Shown here one piece after another: positions 1 through 13,854 of a stretch of 64,000 nucleotides of DNA. The stretch spans positions 1,240,001 to 1,304,000 of the forward strand of contig JADEYG010000003.1 of assembly GCA_016906335.1 (NCBI GenBank), written 5' to 3'. The stretch comes from Novakomyces olei. Lineage: Eukaryota. Position numbers and translations under genes: made by a program. The notes beneath the pieces are model-generated. The model saw only the letters and a list, made by a program, of their open reading frames with translations, did not search any database and had not been told where the DNA came from. Position 1 is the first letter of the stretch. Each line of letters opens with the position of its first letter.

Positions 1-870
1 TTTCTCAGAATAAGCAGTGAAATGTTCCCGTTCGCGTCACATGAAGAGCATGGCTATACACTAGAATTTGCCGACGAAGAACTACGCGAAGCGGGTCGTC
101 TTGCCAATAAATACAAGCATCGACTTACAATGCATCCAGGCCAGTATACACAGATTGCCAGTCCCAGGGAGGCCGTTTTCGACAGCGCTTGCCGTGACCT
201 GGAACATCACGCGGAACTCCTTTCCCGTCTGAACCTCGAGGGCCAAGCAAATCTGGATGCCGTTATGATTATTCACCTGGGAGGTGTTTACGGGGACAAG
301 GCCGCTACACTGGACCGATTTCGCCAAAATTATGCCCGGCTTTCCAGCAGCGTTAGGGACCGTCTTGTCTTGGAGAACGATGACGTCAGTTGGAGTGTTA
401 CAGACTTGCTACCATTGTGCCAGGAACTGAATATCCCTCTAGTCTTGGATTGGCATCATCACAATGTTGTTCCTGGTGAACTGAGAGAAGGCAATTTGGA
501 TTTAATGCCTTTGGTTGGAGCCATTGCTGAAACGTGGCAGAGACGCGGTATTAAACAGAAACAGCATTACTCCGAGTCCCGCGAGCCAAACAATCCATCT
601 GCTCATCATAGAAGAGCCCATTCAGCACGTGTAGTGGATTTACCGCCCTGTGAAAATGATATGGACCTGATGATTGAGGCAAAGGACAAGGAGCAAGCAG
701 TGTTTGATGTGCAAAGACGGCTGGGTATCCGTATACCGAAAGCACTGTCCTACAAGACGATAGAACCGACGCGTGAAGGGCTGCAGAGCGAGAAGGATGG
801 TAATTATTGGCCAGAAAACGAAGGTTGGCGATTGGTCAAAGCGAAAACGAAGAAGGAGGATTGGTTATGA
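1..870 (+). CDS. uve1: UV-damage endonuclease UVDE (5' partial)
   Basis: Frame is open from base 1 (FLRISSEMFPFASH). Shows UvdE motifs HRLTMHPGQY, RLVLENDD, LDWHHH, KQHYSE and MIEAKDKEQA. Confidence 0.93.
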   Translation, partial: FLRISSEMFPFASHEEHGYTLEFADEELREAGRLANKYKHRLTMHPGQYTQIASPREAVFDSACRDLEHHAELLSRLNLEGQANLDAVMIIHLGGVYGDKAATLDRFRQNYARLSSSVRDRLVLENDDVSWSVTDLLPLCQELNIPLVLDWHHHNVVPGELREGNLDLMPLVGAIAETWQRRGIKQKQHYSESREPNNPSAHHRRAHSARVVDLPPCENDMDLMIEAKDKEQAVFDVQRRLGIRIPKALSYKTIEPTREGLQSEKDGNYWPENEGWRLVKAKTKKEDWL

Positions 871-1312
871 AATGATATTGATAGATTCACGACAAAAAAA
901 TTTGTTGTCTACAAAACGATCGGACTGTATGAGCGACTGAATGAAGAGGTATAATGGACCGTTTACCATCATCTTTCGGCCTTTTCCCTGCCTTATTCAC
1001 GGGCCAATCAATACTCGTTTGTCATTTATGACACATTATCTCGATATATAATTTAAAATAGTTAAATAGTTTACCCTTTAAACCGACTGTACAAGTAATA
1101 CTATCCGCTCACCCCACAAGCAATTATGCCAGCGCCCACGCAACATCAATGACATAACAAGTCAACGATACTAATATGGACCTGTTGAGCGACATAAGCG
1201 CTGGAAAGCAGTATAATAATTTACAATATTCAATAAAAGTACCGAAATACGCACAATCTCATTGGCTGTGACGGGATATCGTCATACAAGTTGGCCGGGG
1301 ATTCTGCTGTTT

Positions 1313-3249
1313 ATGCTTGGAACACGAAGCCTTTTCCGCTCGAGACCACTAATAGTAGGACGACTCAATCTGTCTATTTGCTTTTCCGCTTTCAAGTGGC
1401 GATATGCTTTATCTCAATTTGTTGCTAACTGTTTCCCCTAAAGTTTCGCAGAATGGTGACCACGTACGAGGTAGCCGAGCGAGGGCAATTGTCGGACGGC
1501 AAAAAGATCGCGGTTGATGTTCCTGGTGTGAAAGACGCTAAAGTCCTTCTTTCTCAAATCAAAGGAAAAGTCTACGCTACTGGCGCTCATTGTACCCACT
1601 ATGGAGCTCCGCTCGTGAATGGAGTACTCTCCGAAACTGGCCGACTAGTCTGTCCGTGGCACGGAGCCTGTTTCCGTGTGCCCGAGGGCGATATTGAAGA
1701 CGGACCTGCATTGGACGTGCTACAGTCGTATCCCGTATCTATTAAAGACGGGAAGGTTTACATTGAAGCCGATCCGGAGGCACTTGTGTCCGGCCGACGC
1801 CAGCCAAAGCCTTGCTCTGTCGGGGAAAGTGAAGAGCATGTCGTCATTGTCGGAGGCGGAGGCAGTGGCGCAGTCTGTGCTGAAGTACTGCGCGATCAAG
1901 GATTCCCTGGAAGAATCACCATCATCTCCAAAGAGCCTCACTTGGCCATTGACCGAACAAAGCTTAGTAAAGCCTTGATTCCAGATGCCACTAAATTGCA
2001 GTTCCGCTCTCCTAAATTCTACGAAGAACAGCAGATTGAATACCGCAAGGGGGCCAGTGTCTCGTCAGTTGACCCGGCAAAGAAGACAGTTACCGTGCAG
2101 GAAAGCGGCGAAGTCGTAAAGTATACAAAGCTGGTGTTGGCTACGGGAGGACAGCCGAGGCAGCTGCCTCTCCCCGGATTTGATGCGCCCAATGTATTCC
2201 TGCTGCGGAGTCCCGAGCACGTAAAGAAGATTGTGGCTGCTCGAGATGCTGAGGATGGTCGCAAGAAGAATATTGTTATTGTCGGGAGCAGCTTTATAGG
2301 CATGGAGGTAGCATTGGCGCTGAAGGATCACAAGGTACAGGTGATTGGCATGGAAGAAGCACCTTTAGCAAATGCGCTTGGCCGTGAAATTGGAGCCGGT
2401 ATTCAAAAGATTCATGAGCGAAACGGTACCGAGTTTCATCTACAAGCACAGGTCGATAGTGCGCAGGTTGAGAATGGTAAAGCAGTAGCAGTTTTGCTCA
2501 AAGACGGGACCCGTCTTGAATGTGATTTCGTCGTTGTCGGTGCCGGCATTAAACCAGCCACTGATTTCTTGCCCGAGTCTGTTCCTCGCGAGAGTGACGG
2601 CGGTCTTCGCGTGGATAAGAATCTAAAGGTTAATGGCCTCGAGGACGTCTATGCCATCGGAGACATTGCCCATTTTCCCTTGGATTTCACGGGTACTGTA
2701 CAGCGAATTGAGCATTGGTAAGTTGGAGCGTTTGTTTCCCTTGTTTATACAGATTTTGTTCATATTTTGCTTTTGATAACTGCTTTCTTTTTACAATTGT
2801 AGCACGTTGCTTGTTTGCTCTTTTAGCATGGCACTCGTCATCGTTCATCAGATTTGCGTTTCATTTTTCTTCGTTTTACGATATTTCTTCTCGCTCTCTT
2901 TCACTCGCTCACTCGTAGGGATGTCGCACTAAACCATGCACGTACGCTCGGCAAGCAACTGGCCGGTAGCAAAGTTGAACCTACGTCGGCACAGATACCA
3001 GTCTTTTGGTCTGCACAAGGAGCACAGCTCCGTTACGCCGGATCATTAAAGGATGCTATGGGTGTGCATATTGACGGAAATCCAGCAGAAGCAAATTTTA
3101 TTGCTTATTACCACACTGCAGATGGTGAAGTGAGAAGCGTGGTTTCAATGGGACGCGATCCTCTTGTTATGCGGGCCAATGTATTTTGGAGAGAAGGCCA
3201 TTCTTTTACCCTAGATGATGTGAAGAACGGTAAAGTCCTGCAGCAGTAG
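1313..3249 (+). CDS. aif1: AIF-like Rieske/pyridine nucleotide-disulfide oxidoreductase; exons 1313-1354 (putative), 1444-2717, 2919-3249
   Basis: Rieske motifs CTHYG and CPWHGACF, FAD-binding GGGGSG and GSSFIG. Intron 2718-2918 (GTAAGT..GCTCAC..TAG) restores RIEHW-DVA. An upstream exon joins in frame through intron 1355-1443. Confidence 0.88.
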
Positions 3250-3657
3250 AATAGGAAAGTAATTGTGTGCTCGTGCCCCACCGTTCTTTACCACCTTAAT
3301 TTACTAGCTTTATATGAATAGAATTCCAGTAACGATAAGGTAGACTTGAGTGTATAAGAGCTCGTCGACGTCTTTTTCATACTATACTGATATTGTGTAC
3401 AGGAAGACAACGAGGCCGACATTACAGATTGCAAAAGGATGGGGTCTTGATTAAATTTTAAAAATGTAGCTGTTGATATAAAGCTCTTTGAAGCTGCTGC
3501 TTTTGCAATCTTGGTAATATAAATAGACTATAATTACAAAAATGATTACAAAATAATTATAAAAATAATTACAAACCTTATTATAAGAGAAATTAAAATT
3601 ACTATACAATTAATTAAATTACTAGACAAAGAGCGTAAACAAAGACGCGCGTGTGCC

Positions 3658-5882
3658 ATGAGCGGTGCCGATTTCTTCGCGTCAGATACGCCGGCAGGCA
3701 CAAGGCGTTCGCTCCCGAGCGGCCGAGCAGGTCGCCGCTCTTCTCGATTGGCAGAAGTTCCTTCTCAAGCTACTGAGGCTCCATTTAGCCAAGGTTCAGG
3801 TGAGTCGCGTGCACCTTTAACCCTTGAATTAACGAGACCGATCAAGGGCTGGCGCAAGAGACAAGGAGCAACAAAAATAAATGAATGAATGAAATAGAAC
3901 TGAATAATAAAAAGGCAAAAAAAAAAAACCAAAAAACAAAAAACAAAAAACCAAAAAAAAAAAAAAAAAAAAAAAGAAAAGAAAAGCAACAAATCCAAAG
4001 ACTGTATCATCAAGAGTATACTAACTGGATCCCAGAAAGAGGCTATCCCGCCGAGTCTGCTTTTAATTGGCGTGGCGCCTATGACCGCGAGGCAGTGGCA
4101 GAGTATGACGAGTTTGACGTCACAGTCAAAGGCAGTGTGGCGAGCAGTGTGACCGGGTCGACGGTGGCCGACAGTGAGGACGACAGGCGCGGGCCCAGAA
4201 TGAGGCAGGGACGTGAGGTTCCAAAGGCCGTGTACGGTAACGGGTACGGCCACTATAATGAGATGGTAGAAGATGACGAGGACGATGACGAGTCCGAGGA
4301 TGAAGACTATGAAGAAAACGGAGCAGACTTTGAGACTGACGAGGATTTGGAGTACAATGAAAAGGCTGATGGAGACGAGGACGAGGACGGAACGGACGTG
4401 GAAGAAGATTTTCTCGCCGACGAGGCTGGCGGAGATGAAGGCCCACGGAGAGGAATAAAGTCCCTTCCATTCGGCAGTTGGCTGAGCAGGATGGAGCGGA
4501 TAGGAGGCAGTTCTGCTCCTGAGCCAGCAGAGCATTTTGATTATATGGATAGGCGAGTAGTGAGCCAGAGACACCAGGAGACGGACCAGAGAGACGTTGA
4601 GGAGCAAGAAATAGGGTCAGACGAAGAGCAGGAGGAGCAGGAAAGGGCAGTCGATGAGGGCGGAGTACTGTACGAGATCTATCGGCGAGGCTTTTACGGC
4701 TTCATTGTAGTGTACCAGAGGTGCCGGCTTCTCCTGCTGGCTCTACTGCACAAGTTGGGGCTCCGGTTCCGCACGTTTGCCGGTATTTGTGCCTTTGTAT
4801 ACGGTCTGACGGTGGCAGCGCGGTACAATCCGGCTCTAGTGGACTATGGAGTCGACAGGTTCGAGTCGCTGTCTCGCTCTATTACTAGCAGCTTAGAATG
4901 GCATGCTGCACGAAATCAGGATACGGGGCCGCCTCCATCACCAGTGGCCCAGGTCTTGAGGCAGACGGGCGAAGCGACTTTTGTTTTAGAAAAGCATAAA
5001 GATCAAAGCCATCTTTTATTGGAAATTGACGCTTTGAAACATGAGCTGAATGCTTTGCACGAGGGAATAGCGCAACAACAACAGCAGCAAGACAAGCAGG
5101 CGCAATTCCTAAGCAAAGTAGAATCGATCCAAGAGAGACTAGAGACTCAAGAAAAGGAGGCAGAGCATGGACGGTCGGCTCTGAGCCAGGATCTCAACCG
5201 GCTGCACCCTTCCATTGCTGATCCTCTGTGGCTGGCCGGGTTAGAAAAGTTGGGGTACGATACGATTCGAGACCGTGATTTTGCCCTGATATCAGACGGA
5301 GCGGTGGTTGATAAGCAGCTGACTTCTCCGGCTTACACTTTTGGCGAGTCAGCTCTCTGCCGACTGGGGTTCAAGTTCTTTTGTACGATGTGGGGGAAAA
5401 TACCTGAAATGGCTCTCGTCCCGGGCATTGACCCTGGGAACTGCTGGTCCTTTGCCGGCAATCACGGAGTGTTATCCATACGTCTGATGACGCGTATCGT
5501 ATTACAACGCGTTGCTATTGCCCATGTTCAAAAGGAACAAAGCAAAGAAATAGAGACCGCTCCGAGGCATTTTCAAGTGTGGGCCCGGGTAGCGGACGCG
5601 AAAACGCGCGACCAAATTACTGCAATAGTGGCCAGTGATTATGGTCTTGACGTTCGTAATGCTGCAAAGGAGGCACCGAGTCCGGAACACGCTTTATTCG
5701 GCGTTTACATGTACGACATTCATGCCGACTCGCCGCAACAAGTTTTTGCCATTTCTAGTGCGGTCACGCAGCTAAATGTGCCAGTTGACTATGTGACATT
5801 TTCCTTCAGGGACAATTGGGGCAAATCCAATTACACCAGTATTTATCGTACACGTATTTTCGGCGAGATCGCGCAAGAATGA
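3658..5882 (+). CDS. sad1: SUN-domain (Sad1/UNC-84) nuclear envelope/spindle pole body protein; exons 3658-3799, 4036-5882
   Basis: Acidic N-terminus, hydrophobic segment, coiled coil, and a C-terminal SUN domain (DFAL..GA, PGNCWSF, TAPRHF, NWG..YTSIYR). Intron GTGAGT..TACTAAC..CAG keeps frame. Confidence 0.87.
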
Positions 5883-6305
5883 ATGGGGTTTATTAAGGAG
5901 TTTATTATAATGACAGCAAAAGCAACCGAAAAAGAAAGCGAGAAAGGTAAAAAAAAAAAAAAGATGAAAAGACAAAAAAAAAGGGGACTGTTTATAAAAT
6001 TGAGAGCGTTCAGTTGGTGTAGAGTATTATGTATAGGTAAATGAAAATAATCAATGTAAGTAGAAACTCGTACATTTCCAGAGAGGGTAGACAACAAAAA
6101 GGGGGAGAATTAATGTTGGTCTTTGAAGTAAATCTCATCGGAAATTCTAATTAGTTCATCAGCTGTGTATACCTTGATCTATGTTATATAGTGCAATGTA
6201 CAGTATTAAATGCTCAAACTTTATCATTATGCGTCCAATACGTCCCATGCTAGTTTCTCCAATCCGTTTGCTCATGCACTGATAAAATTCTCCAAATCCT
6301 TATAA

Positions 6306-6871
6306 TCATACCTCCCCGTACCCTAAAAACAATTAGTACCTAACGCGTTATTCCGGCTATCGAGCTTACATAATGACTCGCGAAAACGTGGGTCTTTCGC
6401 TCCTTGTTCAGTAAGACAGATCCGTTTCACTATCTGCGGCGGCTTCAGACCTAGCGAATCTGCTCTTTGCCACCTATCCAACCGCGAAATGCCGGTGCAA
6501 GGACCATATTCGCTAGACAGATCAAAGTGCCGTAGTATGATGTCAACAGGCGACAGGTGATCGCCGTGAACAAGCGGCGTCTTCCGCGTAGAAAGAATTA
6601 CCTCGGCCTGACGAGAAACCTCAGCGTCTGTCCCATCCAACTGCTCAAACACTGGCTCAGCTTTGACCGGCTTTTCTTTTCGTTCTTCCACAGGAATTGG
6701 CGTGCTTGCAATTTCCGTTTTTCCCTGTTCCTGTTTGACTTTATTTTCCGGCTCTTTTTTTGGCGGAGTTCCAGTCGGCCGTGACGACCGGAAATGATCC
6801 GTCATACGTCCATTTCCGGTCGTACGGGCGGACTCTCGTGCTGTACGAGGAGCATTTTTAGGTCGAGCCAT
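6306..6871 (-). CDS. cdm1: DNA polymerase delta subunit 4 (p12/Cdm1); exons 6871-6370, 6322-6306
   Basis: LRHFDLSSEYGPCTGISRLDRWQRA..LGL.PP is the POLD4 signature. PIP-like motif RMTDHF. Intron 6369-6323 (GTAAGC..TACTAAT..TAG) gives the ending LWYGEV*. Confidence 0.88.
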
Positions 6872-7154
6872 TGTGTATTTACACGTAGCGCACAGGCGTC
6901 ATTATAATTCACGTTTGACGATTATATATATATATATATATATATAAATATGTATACACTGACAGCCATATAATAATGCATCATACTAGCAATGTGTAGT
7001 ATTAATCTATCGAGTATGTGTGTTTATATCGTAATCTTTGGTCTTTTGTTGCTATGGTAACGATAATTGTAAGCTCTAGATAGGCTGAGGAGATAACAGT
7101 TTTACAGTACGATTATCATGTGTAATCACGTCCAATCATATTCAGCCCAGTTCC

Positions 7155-7417
7155 CAGGGTTTCCGAATTGGGAAGATTTTTATAGACTAGATTCGCGTAA
7201 TATTTCGGTGGACACCCCGAAAAATTATAAAAACTTGCCCGCTCCCAACTCGACCCAAATTTGTTTTCTCTCCTTTTAAGCCCTAACCCTTGCCCGCAGT
7301 ATTCCTTAGTTCTTGTGACCTATATTACTTGTGGGCCAACTCAAACAGTATCATACAGGGTTTTCTATTGCTGGCACAAGTTTGAACAGGGTTTTTGGAA
7401 TATTCTAGTCAGGGTTT
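7155..7417. promoter_or_regulatory. Cluster of AACCCT-type motifs in the cdm1/bdf1 divergent region
   Basis: CAGGGTTT at 7155, 7356, 7387 and 7410, plus CCCTAACCCT at 7281. Confidence 0.45.
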
Positions 7418-7478
7418 TCATTGATGCGAAGCTGAGGAGCATAATCGCACACGAGACAAACAACAGGACATCAGACTT

Positions 7479-9578
7479 ATGACTGCCGCGCCTACGTCTG
7501 CTGCGGCGGAGCAGGCGCCGGCACTGGCGCCGTTCGAAGAAAGCCCCGTTAAATCTGACGTTAATACTCCTGTGCAACCGAAATCCGAGGGCGACGCGGT
7601 TGAAGCCACGAACGCGTCTGGACACGTAGCATTGGATCAAAATGGGTCAGTGACAACTAACGGGCACCAGGACGTGCCTTTAGCTACTTCTCTGGTAAAC
7701 GAAGAGCGCGAAGAAGGTTTACCTCCTGCCAAGAGGCCTCGTGTGGACAGCTCTGAGAATAAAGATGGGTCTGATCTCGCTGAAGTTAAGGATCAGTCGG
7801 CGGACACTCAAGTTGAAGCTCAGGCGCAACTACAAGAGGAGCCGCCGCTTGCTCCGACGGAAGACGTAAAGCCGGCAAAAGTCGAAGACGCAGGAGAAAA
7901 AGGGAGCTCTGATCCTACCGAAGAAGCCTCTGTCAATCCTGTTCAGACGGAAATAGGAGTTGATCCAGATGTGCGCCAAGCGGCCACTGAAAAAGTCGCA
8001 AGTGCACCTCCTGTGGAGGATATCAAGGAGGCTAAACCATCAAAGATCACGAGGGAGCAGACAAAATATGCTTCGGCTATTTTGCGTACACTTAAACGTT
8101 CGAGGGACGCGTTTCCCTTCGTACAACCTGTTGACCCCGTAAAATTAAACTGCCCCGATTACCCGACTGTGATTACAAAGCCGATGGATCTGTCTACAGT
8201 TGAGAAAAAGCTCAACAGTACACAATATCCGGATATTGACGCTTTTGTTGCTGATGTCCGGCTGATATTTGCAAACTGTTACCGTTACAATGGAGCAGAA
8301 GCACCTCTATCCAAAATGGCAAAAAATTTAGAAGAAACGTTTGAGCGTCAGTTGAAGCAGATGCCTTCTGCTGCTGATTCGACTCCGAAGGCTAAGAGCT
8401 CGGCAAATACGGGAGCAGCGGCGGGCAGCGGAGGAGGATCCAAGAAGGCGGCTCCATTTGGGACAACCCCTATTGTAGCAAGGCGCGAGTCAACTGTTGA
8501 TAGCGCCGGTCGACCGAAACGAGAAATCCACCCTCCTGCTTCGCGTGATTATCCCTATAACGATAGCAAACAGCCTCGCCGAAGATACGCAAATCAGCTG
8601 AAATTTTGTGGAACTGTGTTGAGGGAGCTGCTAAAAAAACCTCACGAAGCGTACGCTTTCCCATTTTATCAGCCTGTGGATCCAGTTGCTCTCAATATAC
8701 CCGACTATTTCAAAGTCATAAAAAAACCAATGGATTTATCAACGATCCAAAACAAGTTATCCGCTAACGAATACTCGAAGCCGTCCGAGTTTGAGGATGA
8801 TGTCCGTCTCATGTTTAAGAATTGCTACAAGTTTAATCCCGCAGGATCACCTGTCTATAGCATGGGAAAGCGTTTGGAAGCAGTTTTCAATGAAAAATGG
8901 GCAGAAATGCCGGCGGAACAGGCCCCTGTACCAAAGAATAAAACTCAGACTCATGTAGTACATGACGATGAGAGTGATGAGAGTGATGATGAAGAGGATC
9001 AGCTGGCTGCTCTAAATCAGACTATCAACTCTTTACAAGAGCATATTAGACAACTAAAAAATGGCAAAAAGAGTGGAAGCAAGAGCTCCTCTAAACGTAA
9101 AAGTGACAGCAAAAAGACTTCTGGTGGAAGCAGTGGCAGCAGCAAGAAGAGGAGCAGTGAGCCTCCCGTAATAACAAAAGAGATGCAGGATCGATTCGTG
9201 CATAAAATGGAGAACGGATTAAGTATGGAAGAAACTGGCGTCATAGTTCAAGTGCTCAAGGAGTACATGCCAATACCGGAGTCGGGAGAGGTTGAAATAG
9301 AGCCGAATGAGGTTCCTCCAGAGTGCTTTCACCGTTTATACCGGTATCTTTTCAAGGGAGAGGATCCACTGCGGAAACAGCCTGCCAAGCCCAAACAGCC
9401 CCCACCAAAGAAGAGCCGGGTGCTAACAGAGAAGCAGCAACAGGAAGAGATTGTGCGTCTGCAAGCGCAGCTAGAAAAGTTTGGTCAAGGTGGAGCTGCG
9501 GCAAAAGTTGCCATGGCCGAAAGTGATGATGAGAGTGATGAAGATGGTTCTGATGTGGAAAGTAGCGACGAAGACTGA
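7479..9578 (+). CDS. bdf1: BET-family double-bromodomain protein
   Basis: Two bromodomains (PFVQPVDP..PDY..I.KPMDL..NCYRYN; PFYQPVDP..NCYKFN), the GRPKREIHPP linker, an ET-like region and an acidic tail. Confidence 0.93.
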   Translation: MTAAPTSAAAEQAPALAPFEESPVKSDVNTPVQPKSEGDAVEATNASGHVALDQNGSVTTNGHQDVPLATSLVNEEREEGLPPAKRPRVDSSENKDGSDLAEVKDQSADTQVEAQAQLQEEPPLAPTEDVKPAKVEDAGEKGSSDPTEEASVNPVQTEIGVDPDVRQAATEKVASAPPVEDIKEAKPSKITREQTKYASAILRTLKRSRDAFPFVQPVDPVKLNCPDYPTVITKPMDLSTVEKKLNSTQYPDIDAFVADVRLIFANCYRYNGAEAPLSKMAKNLEETFERQLKQMPSAADSTPKAKSSANTGAAAGSGGGSKKAAPFGTTPIVARRESTVDSAGRPKREIHPPASRDYPYNDSKQPRRRYANQLKFCGTVLRELLKKPHEAYAFPFYQPVDPVALNIPDYFKVIKKPMDLSTIQNKLSANEYSKPSEFEDDVRLMFKNCYKFNPAGSPVYSMGKRLEAVFNEKWAEMPAEQAPVPKNKTQTHVVHDDESDESDDEEDQLAALNQTINSLQEHIRQLKNGKKSGSKSSSKRKSDSKKTSGGSSGSSKKRSSEPPVITKEMQDRFVHKMENGLSMEETGVIVQVLKEYMPIPESGEVEIEPNEVPPECFHRLYRYLFKGEDPLRKQPAKPKQPPPKKSRVLTEKQQQEEIVRLQAQLEKFGQGGAAAKVAMAESDDESDEDGSDVESSDED

Positions 9579-10020
9579 GCCGAGTAGTTTTTTTCTCGCT
9601 ACATCTTTGCTCATTATAATTTGTCGCTTGTTCTGGTCTGGTTGGGATAAATTTCCATTAATATTCGAGAGCAAGAACTTTACATCTTTTCAAGGTCGTA
9701 TGTGTTTCCTCGTTTACCAAGAGCGAAGCGGCCAAAATAATTTTTTTTTTTACCTCTGGTCAAGCCATACAACGTTGCGAGTGGTTTCACCAATAGGTAT
9801 GCCTAAACCTGGCGCCTGGGCACGAAACTACCAACATGATAATTGAATGAGATCGAGTCGATGCAAAGCCTCGTAATTTTGAGAATGATTATTTCTTGTA
9901 GCGCGAAGCGTAAAATATAATAGATTATGAATTGTAATTGTAATTTGATTAAAAGTTTAGTTTCACATGGTACGTTTGCTTAGAGCTCTAGTTTGTGTGT
10001 TTGTACTCAATATTGTACTT

Positions 10021-10313
10021 CTTGTAATTATTGTAATTCTTGTAATTCTTGTAATTCTTGTAATTCTTGTAATTCTTGTAATTCTTGTAATTATTGTAAT
10101 TATTGTAATTATTGTAATTATTGTAATTATTGTAATTATTGTAATTATTGTAATTATTGTAATTATTGTAATTATTGTAATTATTGTAATTATTGTAATT
10201 ATTGTAATTATTGTAATTATTGTAATTATTGTAATTATTGTAATTATTGTAATTATTGTAATTATTGTAATTATTGTAATTATTGTAATTATTGTAATTA
10301 TTGTAATTATTGT
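10021..10313. repeat. 9-bp tandem array (TTGTAATTA)n, about 32 copies, with a 5' block of about 6 TTGTAATTC variants
   Basis: Read directly from the sequence; ends about 70 bp before the rvb1 ATG. Confidence 0.97.
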
Positions 10314-10382
10314 ATTATTGTACTTTTTACAATAACAATCCGCAGAATAATTTCCAAACCCACACAACCTTGTCGCATTACA

Positions 10383-11933
<1,551 letters not shown>

Positions 11934-12259
11934 GACCTGATGAGAAAAGACAATAAAGGACTATATTGTAGTACAGATTTGGAGAAATATTAGAGCAAAG
12001 TTGGCCGATGACGTTTATAAATTTGTGCAGGTCTTTTCTTGCTCATTAAAATGGTAATAGGTCACTTTTTTGATGGATAATTTACAAAATCGTCTTCGCT
12101 ATTGTTATCATAATCATGTGAAGTGTATTATACACTAAAATAATTATATAGAGAGAATTATCATAGAGTTATTATAGAGTTACAATATAGAAAACTACTG
12201 CACTGACAAAATATTATATGAGAAGAATACAAAAGTTGGCGCCCTAATTTTACAAATAA

Positions 12260-12808
12260 ATGGCGACGGCTCGACGAGCGGCCGACGCGGCCTGGCGAAA
12301 GGAGTTGTACCATCGACTTGAGACTATTCGGTTCGGTGAGGGCGCAGCGCTTATACCCAATTTAAAATCTATTCATCTTGAAATTGGCAGACAGCGGCTG
12401 CCTCAGTACCAGGGGATTATGTAAGTTGTGCTTGGAAAAATACGAACGGCAGGCTAACGTATCCGCAAGCGATTTTTGGACTCAGTGTATGCCCAGAATT
12501 GCGTACCATAACCCAACGGCGCGATTCTCATACACCAAGAAATCTACACAACCTCCGACTGATGCTCACGTCAAAATTACACTGGGTAAGAACCGTTTTT
12601 CCAATAAAGCACGAAATCCAAAAGATCTAACTCTTATGTAGACGGGGAAGAAGGACCGTTTGACATAATTGCCACAAATCGCACATTAACGGAAATTTGT
12701 AGTGAGGTTTTAGAAAAAACCGAGGCCAGGCGGGTAAAGCCACCGCAAGGTCCGCGTCCGGGACAGCTTGTACTTACACCGGACGGTGTGGTGGATGAAT
12801 CTCTATAA
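12260..12808 (+). CDS. Mitochondrial ribosomal protein Mrp49/mL61-like (L51/S25/CI-B8 fold); three exons, introns 12421-12469 and about 12586-12641
   Basis: Spliced product MATARRAADAAWRKELYHRLETIRFGEGAA...IDFWTQCMPRIAYHNP... fits the IR.G.GA and FW...PR..YHNP pattern. The ORF track shows only part of it. Confidence 0.7.
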
Positions 12809-12926
12809 AACGATACAAAAAAAGGAAATTATCAATCTACGGCAGATCCTTTTGTACAATAGCCTTCAAGCGAAGGAGCTAAACTTGCATTCAATAGTGA
12901 ATATTTATTCTTTAAACTAGTGGTAC

Positions 12927-13854
12927 TCAATATAAAGCCTGGTAGACTCCAATGCAGACGAGCAAAAGACACGAATCCGACATCAGCCGACGATATATCA
13001 GCGAGTAGCGAGCTACTACCATGAGAAGGGGCCCGATAGGCGGCGGCAATCTGGCTGCCGCCGATGCGATTATAGAGCCAGACTGAGGCACGCCTCGCTC
13101 GAGGAAATACCTTGATCCTTGCAGCACCATTTCTGCCACGACCAGGTAGTAGAACACAGGCTATTGTTAGAAACGAATTTAATAGAAACACAAAAGTTTT
13201 AAAAGCTGAAACGAAGGACTTTTTGAGGCTGCCTACCATCGCTGAGGAGCGTACGAACGCGTACACAAGCGAAAAGACTGTAAATGTGTGTAAAAGCGCA
13301 AATGCCCGATCTATAGCAGGGCGAGGAGGCTGAATCGGCTCCGGCCGTACATTCCCCTGTTTCAATATATCCTCAAACGAGGGAAGCGTTCCACTGTCCA
13401 GAGGTATCCCCCACTGTTGCATAATTTCTTGAAGCATCTCTTGCTCTTTAGGCTCAGATCCTAATTGCAAAGCAGACTCGTCTCCGACTGCGATCCTGCT
13501 TATATCAATTTCTGCTGGATCATTGTGTAAAAGATCCTGCTCATGCAATTGCTCTTGCGGCTTTTCACTTGCGGACGAGTCTGGCTTTGATTGCGTTTCA
13601 ATTGATGGCTTTTCAAAATCACTTGAAGGTGCCGCTTGAGTGCTTCCAGAATCTGCATTTTTACTTATTTCTGAGGCCACTGCCTCGTGTGCTTTGGGGG
13701 AACCGTTTACCTCTTTTTGAGGGGTTTCGTCTGAACCAGCCGGCTCTTCCACGGGCCTCACATTCTGAGTTATTCGTGCTAGCCTAGATGCACCTTGCTC
13801 GCGAATACGAGCGGCGCGCCTTTCGCGCCGTTGCTGTGCCAAATTGTCTGTCAT
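12927..13854 (-). CDS. get2: Get2/CAML-like ER insertase subunit; exons 13854-13237, 13160-12927
   Basis: N-terminal RRERRAARIREQGASRLARIT motif, low-complexity linker and C-terminal hydrophobic helices. Intron GTAGGC..CTAAC..TAG. Confidence 0.72.

Noticed and set aside
3885..4035. Poly-Lys N-terminus of the 665-aa ORF
   Set aside because: It lies inside an intron with a canonical donor, TACTAAC branch point and CAG acceptor.
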